The notes under the pieces were generated by a model, which saw nothing but the letters and a program-made list of their open reading frames with translations, was not told the origin of the DNA and did no database searches. A stretch of 64,000 nt of DNA, from the NCBI GenBank assembly GCA_963733375.1, contig CAVTDB010000020.1, positions 2,467 to 66,466 on the forward strand, written 5' to 3'. The DNA comes from Nitrospirota bacterium. Lineage in GTDB: Bacteria; Nitrospirota; JACRHJ01. Positions 1 through 8,183 of the stretch are shown here, one piece after another; position 1 is the first letter of the stretch; every line of letters starts with the position of its first letter. Both the position numbers and the translations under genes were made by a program.

Positions 1-1
1 C

Positions 2-244
2 CTGGCTTTTCAGATTGCCGATGATATACTGGATATAACCGGCACTCAGGAAGAGATAGGCAAGGACGTGGGCAGCGACCTGGAACGGGGGAAGAAGACG
101 TATCCCGCGATGGTCGGCCTGGAGGAGTCCCGGAAGCGCGCCATGGAGCTAGCTGGCTCGGCTGTGGACGCGCTTGAAATTTTTGCGCATAACGCGGAAC
201 CGCTCCGCGAGATTGCACGTTACATAGTATCACGAAAAAACTGA
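2..244 (+). CDS. ispA: polyprenyl (farnesyl/geranylgeranyl) diphosphate synthase, C-terminal fragment; 5' end lies outside the window
   Basis: Own translation gives [35 protein letters not shown]..., which carries the second Asp-rich FQxxDDxxD motif of trans-prenyltransferases. TGA at 242-244. It sits directly upstream of dxs, as in the common ispA-dxs arrangement. Confidence 0.85.
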   Translation: MAFQIADDILDITGTQEEIGKDVGSDLERGKKTYPAMVGLEESRKRAMELAGSAVDALEIFAHNAEPLREIARYIVSRKN

Positions 245-264
245 TTGCCGAAAGGGAGGCATTA

Positions 265-2148
265 ATGGCATATCTTGACAGCATCGGCTCCCCTGCGGAC
301 CTCAAGGCGCTTAAGCCGAGGGACCTTCCGCTGCTGGCGGAAGAGATACGAGAAGAGATAATCGCGGTCTGTTCCGTAAACGGAGGCCATCTGGCCTCGT
401 CCCTGGGCGTCGTGGAACTCGCCCTCGCACTGCACTATGTCTACGATACCCCCGCGGACAAGATAATCTGGGACGTGGGCCACCAGGCATATGCCCATAA
501 ACTCCTCACCGGGAGGCGCGACCGTTTCGGGACGATCAGGCGCGAAGGCGGCTTAAGCGGCTTCCCCAAGCGCTCGGAGAGCCCATACGACCCGTTCGAC
601 GTCGGTCACTCCAGCACGTCGATATCGGCGGCGCTCGGCATGGCTGTCGCGCGGGACATGGAGGGCGGCGGTTTCAAAATTGCCGCGGTAATAGGCGACG
701 GTTCGATGACCGCGGGACTGGCGTTCGAGGGGATGAACCAGGCCGGACACCTGGAGCGGGACCTGGTCGTCGTATTAAACGACAACGAGATGTCGATCTC
801 CACGAACGTCGGGGCGCTGTCGAACTACCTAAGCCGCATCATCACCGGCGTCAAGGCGGAGAAGCTGAGGCGCGAGACGGAGCAGTTCGTGAAGAAGCTC
901 CCGAAGGTGGCCGAGCAGATGTTCAAAGTCGCCTCGAAGACCGGCGAGAGGATGAAGGGAATTTTTTTGCCCGGCATGCTCTTCGAAGAGATGGGCTTCT
1001 CCTACATCGGCCCGATAGACGGCCACGATATAAAGATGCTGACGGAAGCATTGAGGGACGCTCGTGACAGGAAGGGCGCGGTGCTCGTGCACGTTATGAC
1101 CAAGAAGGGCAAGGGCTACGAGTTTGCCGAGAACGACCCGACCGCGTTCCACGGCACGCCTCCCTTCGACGTGGAGTCGGGCGAGGCCGCGGCGTCCGGC
1201 GGGGGCGTATCCTATACAGGCGTATTCGGCGGGGCGCTGGTAGAGCTTGCAAGAGAAGACCCGTCGATAATAGCCGTAACCGCCGCCATGCCGGAAGGGA
1301 CCGGACTCTCCAAATTCGCGAAAGAGTTCCCTGACAGGTTTTTCGACGTCGGCATCGCAGAACAGCACGCCCTGACTTTCTCATGCGGGCTGGCCGCATG
1401 CGGCATGAAGCCGGTAGTCGCCGTCTATTCCACCTTTATGCAGCGGGCATACGACCAGGTCGTGCACGACATATGCATGCAGAACCTGTCGGTCCTGATG
1501 GCGATGGACAGGGCCGGGGTCGTGGGCGAGGACGGCGAAACCCATCAGGGGCTATTCGACATATCCTTCATGAGGAACGTGCCCAATTTGGTATTCATGG
1601 CGCCGAAAGACGAAAACGAGCTGAGGCACATGCTTTTCACGGGACTGAAATTAAACTGCCCGGTTGCGCTGCGCTACCCGCGCGGCAAAGGCCTGGGCGT
1701 ACCGCTAGACCGCGAATTTCAGGAGATTCCGCTGGGCAGGGCGGAGGTGATAAGCGAAGGCCTGGAGCTGTGCATAATCGCCATCGGAAACACGGTGCAT
1801 CCGGCGGTCCTGGCGGCGGACGAACTGTCGAAATCCGGCTGCCAGACCGGCGTGATTAACGCGAGGTTCATAAAACCGATAGACAAAGACGCCATCATCC
1901 GCGCCGCAACGACTTCCAAACGGATCCTCACCGTGGAGGAAAACGTACTCGCGGGCGGCTTCGGGAGCGCGGTGCTCGAGGTGCTCGAGGAGGCGGGTAT
2001 AAACGTGCCGGTGAAGCGCATCGGCGTCCCGGACATTTATGTCGAGCAGGGGACCCAGGCGCAGATACGGCGCAGGCTGGGGCTTGACGCAAGAGGCATA
2101 TTCGAAGCGGCGGAGGCTTTCGTCTCGGAAAAAGTTCTGGCGGAATAG
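265..2148 (+). CDS. dxs: 1-deoxy-D-xylulose-5-phosphate synthase
   Basis: Intact 627-aa ORF with the TPP-binding motif IGDGSMTAGLAFEGMNQA and a transketolase-like middle and C-terminal region. Typical Dxs length and N-terminus (LDSIGSPADLK). Confidence 0.97.
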   Translation: MAYLDSIGSPADLKALKPRDLPLLAEEIREEIIAVCSVNGGHLASSLGVVELALALHYVYDTPADKIIWDVGHQAYAHKLLTGRRDRFGTIRREGGLSGFPKRSESPYDPFDVGHSSTSISAALGMAVARDMEGGGFKIAAVIGDGSMTAGLAFEGMNQAGHLERDLVVVLNDNEMSISTNVGALSNYLSRIITGVKAEKLRRETEQFVKKLPKVAEQMFKVASKTGERMKGIFLPGMLFEEMGFSYIGPIDGHDIKMLTEALRDARDRKGAVLVHVMTKKGKGYEFAENDPTAFHGTPPFDVESGEAAASGGGVSYTGVFGGALVELAREDPSIIAVTAAMPEGTGLSKFAKEFPDRFFDVGIAEQHALTFSCGLAACGMKPVVAVYSTFMQRAYDQVVHDICMQNLSVLMAMDRAGVVGEDGETHQGLFDISFMRNVPNLVFMAPKDENELRHMLFTGLKLNCPVALRYPRGKGLGVPLDREFQEIPLGRAEVISEGLELCIIAIGNTVHPAVLAADELSKSGCQTGVINARFIKPIDKDAIIRAATTSKRILTVEENVLAGGFGSAVLEVLEEAGINVPVKRIGVPDIYVEQGTQAQIRRRLGLDARGIFEAAEAFVSEKVLAE

Positions 2149-2180
2149 CTTGTTTTAACAGAATATAAAGCGGGGTAAAA

Positions 2181-2723
2181 ATGGGTAAGAAAGATTTTGA
2201 ATCGTTCCTGAAAAAACAAGAGTTAGAAAAGAAAGACGAAACTACAGTTGATTGGGAGAAGGAAAAAAAAGGGTGGCTTGAGTATCTTAATCAATTTTAT
2301 GAATTGATTGAAAATTTTTTAACAAGTTATGTAGAAAGAAAAAAAATATCCCTTACATTTAATACAGAATTTTTATTTGAAGAAAATATTGGCGAATACG
2401 AGGTTAAAAGTTTATCTTTGACTATCGGAAATCAGAAAATCTATTTCAAACCGATTGGGACTCTATTAATTGGTGCAAAAGGAAGAGTTGATATGGAGGG
2501 ACCGGTCGGGACAATAAAATTTGTTCTTGTAGATAAAGAATCTACAGGCATTTCTATAAGAGTAAAAATTTATGAAGGCGGGAAAATTCCTACCGAAGAA
2601 AAAGAGACGAATAAAAAAATTAATTGGGTATGGAAAATAGCCACTCCGCCTCCGAGTATTAAATATATTGAATTGAATGAGAATTCTTTTTTTGACGCCT
2701 TAATGAGCGTAATTAATGGCTAA
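2181..2723 (+). CDS. hypothetical protein, first gene of the AT-rich two-gene cassette
   Basis: 180-aa Lys/Glu/Asn-rich ORF with codon usage unlike the flanks. It starts 32 nt after the dxs stop and overlaps the next ORF by 8 nt (ATGGCTAA). N-terminal half reads as helical, C-terminal half as beta-rich. I recognise no motif. Confidence 0.6.
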   Translation: MGKKDFESFLKKQELEKKDETTVDWEKEKKGWLEYLNQFYELIENFLTSYVERKKISLTFNTEFLFEENIGEYEVKSLSLTIGNQKIYFKPIGTLLIGAKGRVDMEGPVGTIKFVLVDKESTGISIRVKIYEGGKIPTEEKETNKKINWVWKIATPPPSIKYIELNENSFFDALMSVING

Positions 2724-3255
2724 AGAAAGAATAAGTTTTTCAAAACAAAATTTAGAGCTATCGGAAATCGTGGAATATTATTTAGATAGCGAGGCGGCTT
2801 TAAAGAAATATTATCCAATCACAGGAAAGACAGATACTCTCATAGAAAAATTTATACTTTATACAAAAGATGAAATTATAAAAGAATTTAAAAAAAGAGT
2901 GGATGAATTAGACAAAACATCCTCGCTAACTATATTAACTAGCGTGGAAGCAAAATTTAGAATAGATTATTTGAATAGATGCTATAAAAGAAAAAAGGAT
3001 CCTTTATCACTTGAATTACGAGATTTATATAAAATAAAAGAAAATCACGCATCACTTGAAGACGAGATTCTCGTATTTTGGAAAAAACATTTTCCGGACT
3101 ATAAAGGACTGTTCTCCGAAATCATTGGTGCGCTAAAATATAGACATTGGATAGCGCATGGTCGTTATTGGTATCCTAAATTAGGAAGAAAATTTGATTA
3201 TACTTATATTTATTCCCTAGCAGTTCAACTTACATCACTTCCCTTTGAAGACTAG
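2716..3255 (+). CDS. HEPN-like (Rx4H motif) protein, candidate RNase toxin or Abi effector
   Basis: 179-aa AT-rich ORF. R143-H-W-I-A-H148-G (KYRHWIAHGRYW, nt 3142-3159) fits the HEPN Rx4-6H / RxxxAHG catalytic signature near the C-terminus. Its size resembles stand-alone Abi-type HEPN proteins. The assignment rests on the motif only. Confidence 0.5.
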   Translation: MAKERISFSKQNLELSEIVEYYLDSEAALKKYYPITGKTDTLIEKFILYTKDEIIKEFKKRVDELDKTSSLTILTSVEAKFRIDYLNRCYKRKKDPLSLELRDLYKIKENHASLEDEILVFWKKHFPDYKGLFSEIIGALKYRHWIAHGRYWYPKLGRKFDYTYIYSLAVQLTSLPFED

Positions 3256-3272
3256 TTTATAAAAAATGTGCT

Positions 3273-4016
3273 TTGAAAGAAGTTAAAAACAGGCTGGACG
3301 TTGAGATGGCCGCACGCGGGCTGGCCGATTCCCGGCAGAAAGCACAGGCCCTGATACTCGCCGGACAGGTAATCGTTGACGGCAGGAAAGCGGTCAAGGC
3401 GGGAGAGCCGGTCGCCGGGGAAGCGATAATCGAGGTCATAGAGGGCCTGCCTTACGTCTCGCGCGGCGGGCTGAAGCTTAAGGCCGCGCTGGATAATTTT
3501 AAAATTTCTGTCGCCGGGCTGACATGCGCGGACATAGGCGCATCAACCGGCGGCTTTACCGACTGCCTCCTTAAAGAGGGGGCAAAAAAGGTTTATTCGG
3601 TAGATGTCGGCTACGGGCTGATAGACCAGGGCCTGAGGGGCGACCCCCGCGTGAGTGTGATCGAGCGGGTAAATTTTCGTCATGCCGGCGCCGGGTTCCT
3701 GGACGAGCTTGTGGATTTCGCCTCCGTGGACGTCTCCTTTATCTCACTGAAGCTCATCCTTCCCCCGATAAACCTGAACTTAAAACCCGGGGGCCTGGTC
3801 GTCGCGCTGGTGAAGCCGCAGTTCGAGGTCGGACGTGAGAGGGTGGGCAAGGGCGGCATCGTGCATGACAAAAGCGCGCGGGAGATGGCCCTCCACGAAA
3901 TTGCCAGGTTTGCAGAGTCGATTGGTTTTAAAGCGCTGGGCCAGATGGAGTCGCCCGTGAGAGGCGCCAAGGGGAACCTGGAGTACCTGCTTTACTTGCA
4001 TAAGGTGCAGCCATGA
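3273..4016 (+). CDS. tlyA: TlyA-family rRNA 2'-O-methyltransferase (S4 domain plus FtsJ fold)
   Basis: S4-like N-terminus (RLDVEMAARGLADSRQKAQALILAGQVIVDG) and SAM-binding GASTGGFTDCLL. TTG start only 17 nt after the cassette stop. Confidence 0.9.
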   Translation: MKEVKNRLDVEMAARGLADSRQKAQALILAGQVIVDGRKAVKAGEPVAGEAIIEVIEGLPYVSRGGLKLKAALDNFKISVAGLTCADIGASTGGFTDCLLKEGAKKVYSVDVGYGLIDQGLRGDPRVSVIERVNFRHAGAGFLDELVDFASVDVSFISLKLILPPINLNLKPGGLVVALVKPQFEVGRERVGKGGIVHDKSAREMALHEIARFAESIGFKALGQMESPVRGAKGNLEYLLYLHKVQP

Positions 4017-4612
4017 TTGAAGAGATAGACGACCAGCTAAACACGGACCTGCCTGAAGACGGGGCGGCGGAGGAAAAAAAATCAGGCCTTGAAGGGGCCC
4101 CTGATTTTGAGACGGATAAGATGCCCGGGGCGGCGCTCGCGGCGATGCGCGCGCGTCAGGAGCGCGAGGAACACGAGCAGCAGGAAGAGGCCCAGGCGCA
4201 TAAGCTGGGCCTTCAGGCGAGGCTTCTCAGGCTTGACGTGGGCGAGCGCTCAAAGCAGGCAAGGCACGGCGAGCAGGAGGCCCGGATGATACTCATCAAG
4301 GACTCAAGCAAGCAGGTCGCGCTCGCCGTGCTCGCTAACCCGAAGCTCACGCTCCATGAAGTGGAGATGATCGCGGCTTCGAGGAACGTGAGCGAAGAGG
4401 TGCTCCGGGAAATAGCCGGGAACAAGGACTGGATAAAATCTTATACCGTAACGCTCGCGCTGGTGAACAACCCGAAGACGCCCGTGCCGATGGGGCTGAC
4501 TTTCCTCCCGAAACTAAGGACGCGCGACCTCCGTTTCGTAGGCAAGAATAAAGGCGTGCCGGAAGTCATCCGCATGTCCGCCAAAAGGCTGGCCGGGACG
4601 CGCACCTTTTAA
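4013..4612 (+). CDS. hypothetical protein (acidic N-terminus, helical-repeat C-terminus)
   Basis: 199-aa ORF with host-like composition. ATGA overlap with the tlyA stop. I recognise no catalytic motif. Confidence 0.55.
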   Translation: MIEEIDDQLNTDLPEDGAAEEKKSGLEGAPDFETDKMPGAALAAMRARQEREEHEQQEEAQAHKLGLQARLLRLDVGERSKQARHGEQEARMILIKDSSKQVALAVLANPKLTLHEVEMIAASRNVSEEVLREIAGNKDWIKSYTVTLALVNNPKTPVPMGLTFLPKLRTRDLRFVGKNKGVPEVIRMSAKRLAGTRTF

Positions 4613-4770
4613 AATTAATCACATTTAATCCGCACGCAAAGAATTTTCAGGCCTTCCGTTTTCCGAAAAAAACACTAAATCTTGTGCACCCATGCTTCCA
4701 GCCGCCTTCTTTTGGTGGATAACTGCCTTTATTACTTGGTAAAAACAAATTTCACCTAATAATTATTTTC

Positions 4771-4799
4771 TTGACAAGCAAATATTTTAAGTATAGTTA
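4771..4799 (+). promoter_or_regulatory. candidate sigma70 promoter for the MerR-like gene and pil operon
   Basis: TTGACA at 4771-4776. The -10 is either TATAGT (4792-4797, 15-nt spacer) or TAGTTA (4794-4799, 17-nt spacer). Lies in a 245-bp AT-rich spacer. Confidence 0.35.
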
Positions 4800-4856
4800 G
4801 TATACCAATACGTATTAAATGGTTAAAACAAATTAATTTTACAAAATGGAAATCAT

Positions 4857-5060
4857 ATGAGCATGATGCGCAGGGACACGGAAAAAAAAATATACAAGAC
4901 CAGGGAAATCTGCGAGCTCTATGACATATCGCGGTCTACACTTTTCAGATGGGAAAACGAAGGGCTCATAACGGGCGTGCAGAGGGACTGGAGGGGCTGG
5001 CGGCTCTATCACGCGGCGAACTTGAAAGAGATAGAGCGGATAATCAAGCAGAAACAGTAA
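4857..5060 (+). CDS. small MerR-type helix-turn-helix DNA-binding protein
   Basis: 67 aa. YKTREICELYDISRSTLFRWENEGLITGVQRDWRGWRLY matches the MerR/excisionase-type HTH pattern. Lies immediately upstream of pilM. Confidence 0.65.
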   Translation: MSMMRRDTEKKIYKTREICELYDISRSTLFRWENEGLITGVQRDWRGWRLYHAANLKEIERIIKQKQ

Positions 5061-5078
5061 CTCCCGGTAACCAGCGAG

Positions 5079-6140
5079 GTGCGCGTGTTCTTAGGCAGGA
5101 AAACACAAATCGTGGGGCTTGATATCGGGTCGCATACCGTGAAACTCGCACAGATTGTGGAGCGCGGAAAGGACCTGGTACTGACGAAGTACGCGTTCAG
5201 GGAGTTGGACCCCGAGGCGATAGTGGACGGCGCGATTATGGACCGCTCCCAGGTCGCGGGGGTCATTGCCGAACTGCTGCAGGAGACCCAGTTGAAAGTC
5301 AAGGATGCGGTCATAGGCGTATCCGGGAACTCTGTAATCGTCAAGCGGATAACGCTCCCGGAGATGAGCGAGGACGAGCTTTCCGAATCCATCAACTGGG
5401 AAGCGGAACAATATATACCTTTCGCCATCGACGACGTCAATCTTGACTTCCAGATACTGGGCCCGTCCGCGAAGGAGGGCGCCAACACGATGGACGTCGT
5501 GCTGGTCGCCGCCAAGAAAGACAAGATAAACGACTATGTGACGCTCGTGACCGAGGCCGGGCTGAACCCGGTGATAATGGACGTGGACGCCTTCGCGCTG
5601 GAGAATATGTTCGAGGTCAATTACGAGATATCGCCTGGCCGGGTGGACGCGCTCGTGAACGTCGGCGCGGCGGTAATGAACATAAACATATTAAAAGACG
5701 GCGCCTCGGTGTTCACCAGGGACAGCTCCGTCGGGGGAAACCTCTACACCGAATCGCTTCAGAAGGAGTTCGGCATCGGGTTTGCCGCCGCGGAAAATCT
5801 GAAGAAAGGCGACGATTCCGCGGGGGTGGACCTCTCGCGGGCGCAGTCCTTGATAGACCAGGTGACGGAAGACATAACGGCGGAGGCGGCGAGGTCCATA
5901 GACTTCTTCCGGGCCACCACCGGCATAGAGAACGTGGACAGGGTGATACTCTCCGGGGGCGCCGCGCTCATGGCGGGCTTTCCGGAGCGGCTGGCCGAGA
6001 GGGTAGGCGTGGAGGTGGAACTGGCCAACCCGCTCAGGAATATAAGTCTTGATCCGAAACTGGACCCGGAGGCGGCGCAGAATTCCGCGCCCTCTGCCGC
6101 CGTGGTAGTCGGGCTCGCCCTGAGGAGGTTAAAAGAATGA
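5079..6140 (+). CDS. pilM: type IV pilus assembly protein PilM
   Basis: 353 aa with actin-like ATPase fold signatures (VGLDIGSHTVKLAQI; VILSGGAALMAGF). First gene of a pilMNOPQ-ordered cluster. Confidence 0.9.
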   Translation: MRVFLGRKTQIVGLDIGSHTVKLAQIVERGKDLVLTKYAFRELDPEAIVDGAIMDRSQVAGVIAELLQETQLKVKDAVIGVSGNSVIVKRITLPEMSEDELSESINWEAEQYIPFAIDDVNLDFQILGPSAKEGANTMDVVLVAAKKDKINDYVTLVTEAGLNPVIMDVDAFALENMFEVNYEISPGRVDALVNVGAAVMNINILKDGASVFTRDSSVGGNLYTESLQKEFGIGFAAAENLKKGDDSAGVDLSRAQSLIDQVTEDITAEAARSIDFFRATTGIENVDRVILSGGAALMAGFPERLAERVGVEVELANPLRNISLDPKLDPEAAQNSAPSAAVVVGLALRRLKE

Positions 6141-6772
6141 TAAAGATAAACCTCCTCCCGCATAAAAAGATCAAGGCGGTAGATAAAAATATACTGAAAC
6201 TCCGGGCGGTGGTGCTGGGCGTCACCGTCCTGTCCGTCCTCCTGGCCGCATACGGGACTATCCATATATATTCAAAAAAATCCGACCTTCAGTACCAGGC
6301 GGACCTGACGCAAAAACAGCTCGACGTCATGAAGAAGAAGGTCAAAGAGGCGGAAGCCTACGAGAAGAGCCGGATCGAATTTGAGAAGAAGCTCAAGACG
6401 ATACAGGAGCTGGAAAAGAGAAAAGTCCCCATGACGCCGCTCTTAAACGGCATAAACGCCTCCATTACGCGGGATGTCTGGCTCACCTCGCTTTCCGTGA
6501 AAGGGCCTTTGTTCACCATTGAGGGCATAGCGCGGGACAGCAATAAAAACGCGCAGGTTTTCGCGGACAAGATGGAGGCGCTGCCTACTTTCGCGAATAT
6601 CCGGGTAGAGGACGTGAAAGACGTTTCCACCGCCAAGGAGGACAGGTACACCTTTAAAATATCGGGCAAGCTTGCCGGATATGAGGAACTGCCCCCGGAG
6701 CCGGTGATGGCGCCTGGACGAAGCCTGGCACGAAGCCAGGTGCGAAAGAAACCCGCGCCGAAGAAGAAGTAG
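6137..6772 (+). CDS. pilN: type IV pilus assembly protein PilN
   Basis: Single N-terminal TM helix (LRAVVLGVTVLSVLLAAYG) followed by a coiled coil. ATGA overlap with pilM. Position in the operon. Confidence 0.85.
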   Translation: MIKINLLPHKKIKAVDKNILKLRAVVLGVTVLSVLLAAYGTIHIYSKKSDLQYQADLTQKQLDVMKKKVKEAEAYEKSRIEFEKKLKTIQELEKRKVPMTPLLNGINASITRDVWLTSLSVKGPLFTIEGIARDSNKNAQVFADKMEALPTFANIRVEDVKDVSTAKEDRYTFKISGKLAGYEELPPEPVMAPGRSLARSQVRKKPAPKKK

Positions 6773-6780
6773 GAGGAAAG

Positions 6781-7359
6781 ATGAGCATAATTGAGGATAA
6801 GATAAAGAAGCTTACCCCGAAACAGCAGACCCTCCTCCTGTTTTTCATGCCCGCGCTGATAATAGGCGCGTTCATGTATTATGTCTATCTGCCGGGGAGC
6901 AGAGCTATTTCGGACCTGGAGACGACCGTCCAGAAGAACGAAAGCGAAATATCAAAAAGCCAGATTATGCAGAGGAAGCTTAAACTGCTGAAGGTCGAAA
7001 ACGAGCGCCTCCAGCAGGAACTGAAGGTGGCCACGCAGCTGTTGCCGTCGCCGGCGGAAGGCGAGGGAGTCCCGGACGCCATATCGGGGGCGGCGAAGGC
7101 AAGCGGCCTTTCCGTGAAATCGGTGAACGCCGGGGACAAAAAAACGGGGCCGGGCGGGCTTTATGTCCAGACGCCCATAAGCGTTGAGGTTAACGGCGGC
7201 TACCATGACCTCGGAAAATTCATGGAGAAGCTCGACAAGATGCCGATGATGATGACGGTCTCGGAACTGAATATCTCTTCCGGGACCGTGGGCGGCATTA
7301 AAATGAACCTCCCGATCAAGTTCACCGTGCTGGCATATACGGCCGGCGGAGGTAAGTAA
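6781..7359 (+). CDS. pilO: type IV pilus assembly protein PilO
   Basis: 192 aa with an N-terminal TM helix, a coiled coil (QRKLKLLKVENERLQQELK) and a C-terminal ferredoxin-like part. Position after pilN. Confidence 0.85.
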   Translation: MSIIEDKIKKLTPKQQTLLLFFMPALIIGAFMYYVYLPGSRAISDLETTVQKNESEISKSQIMQRKLKLLKVENERLQQELKVATQLLPSPAEGEGVPDAISGAAKASGLSVKSVNAGDKKTGPGGLYVQTPISVEVNGGYHDLGKFMEKLDKMPMMMTVSELNISSGTVGGIKMNLPIKFTVLAYTAGGGK

Positions 7360-8183
7360 GTGGAAAAAAGGACTAAGGTATTAATCATAATGGTGGTGGT
7401 TCTGGGGATTGCGGCGGCGGGGTCCTTCTTTTACCGGCATTACAAGGCGCAGACAGCGCCCCAGCCGAAGTTTGCGCTGAGGATGGGCGCGCCTATAAAA
7501 AAGGGAGCAAAGGCGAAGTCCAAGCCTGCGGGGGAAGCGGGGCATGAGCACGGCCAATGCGCCGGAGCAGCAGAACCAGGTCGTGATAAAGACGGTTGAG
7601 GGGGGAAAGGAAGTGCGGTATAACACGCCGGAAGATTTCGCGGCGCACACGAAACTTTCCCAGTCCATGGCGGAATCTTATGTACAGTTGAAGCTCGACG
7701 AGGCCAAGAAATCTCTGGACGCGGCCAGGAAGATAAAAGACTCCATTGCCGCGGACCGGGCGGAGAAGGAAATCGCCCTCTATGAGAAGGCCGCCTCGAT
7801 TTTGAAGACGAGGGTGCTCGCCGGCCCTGAGAAAGACTACGTTTATTCGTCGCTCGGAAAAAGAGACCCGTTCATGTCCCCGTTTGAAGTGCCGAAGGTA
7901 TGTCCTCCTATATCGAGGAACGCCAGGCCGCTTGAGAAGGTGCCGGTCGATAAGCTTGTTGTAAGGGCAATATGCTGGAATAGATAAAGGGTTCAGGGCG
8001 ATGATATTCACTCCTGACGGACGGGGCTATACGGTCAAGTCGGGCGAGCCCATCGGGGACAAGCAGGGCAGGATTACCAGGATCACCGAAAACAGTGTCT
8101 ACGTTACCGAAAATATCAAGGACATCCTTGGCGACGTGGAGACCAACAAAGTAGTCTTACCCTTGCACAAGGAGGCGGAGTAA
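7360..8183 (+). CDS. pilP: PilP-like pilotin/alignment protein, split over three frames
   Basis: The pieces are 7360-7599 (TM anchor MEKRTKVLIIMVVVLGIAAAG), 7544-7987 and 8001-8183. The last piece (IFTPDGRGYTVKSGEPIGDKQGRITRITENSVYV) looks like the PilP beta-domain. A 1-nt shift near 7970-7975 would join ...KLVVRAI to AGIDKGFRAMIFTPDG. Confidence 0.55.
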
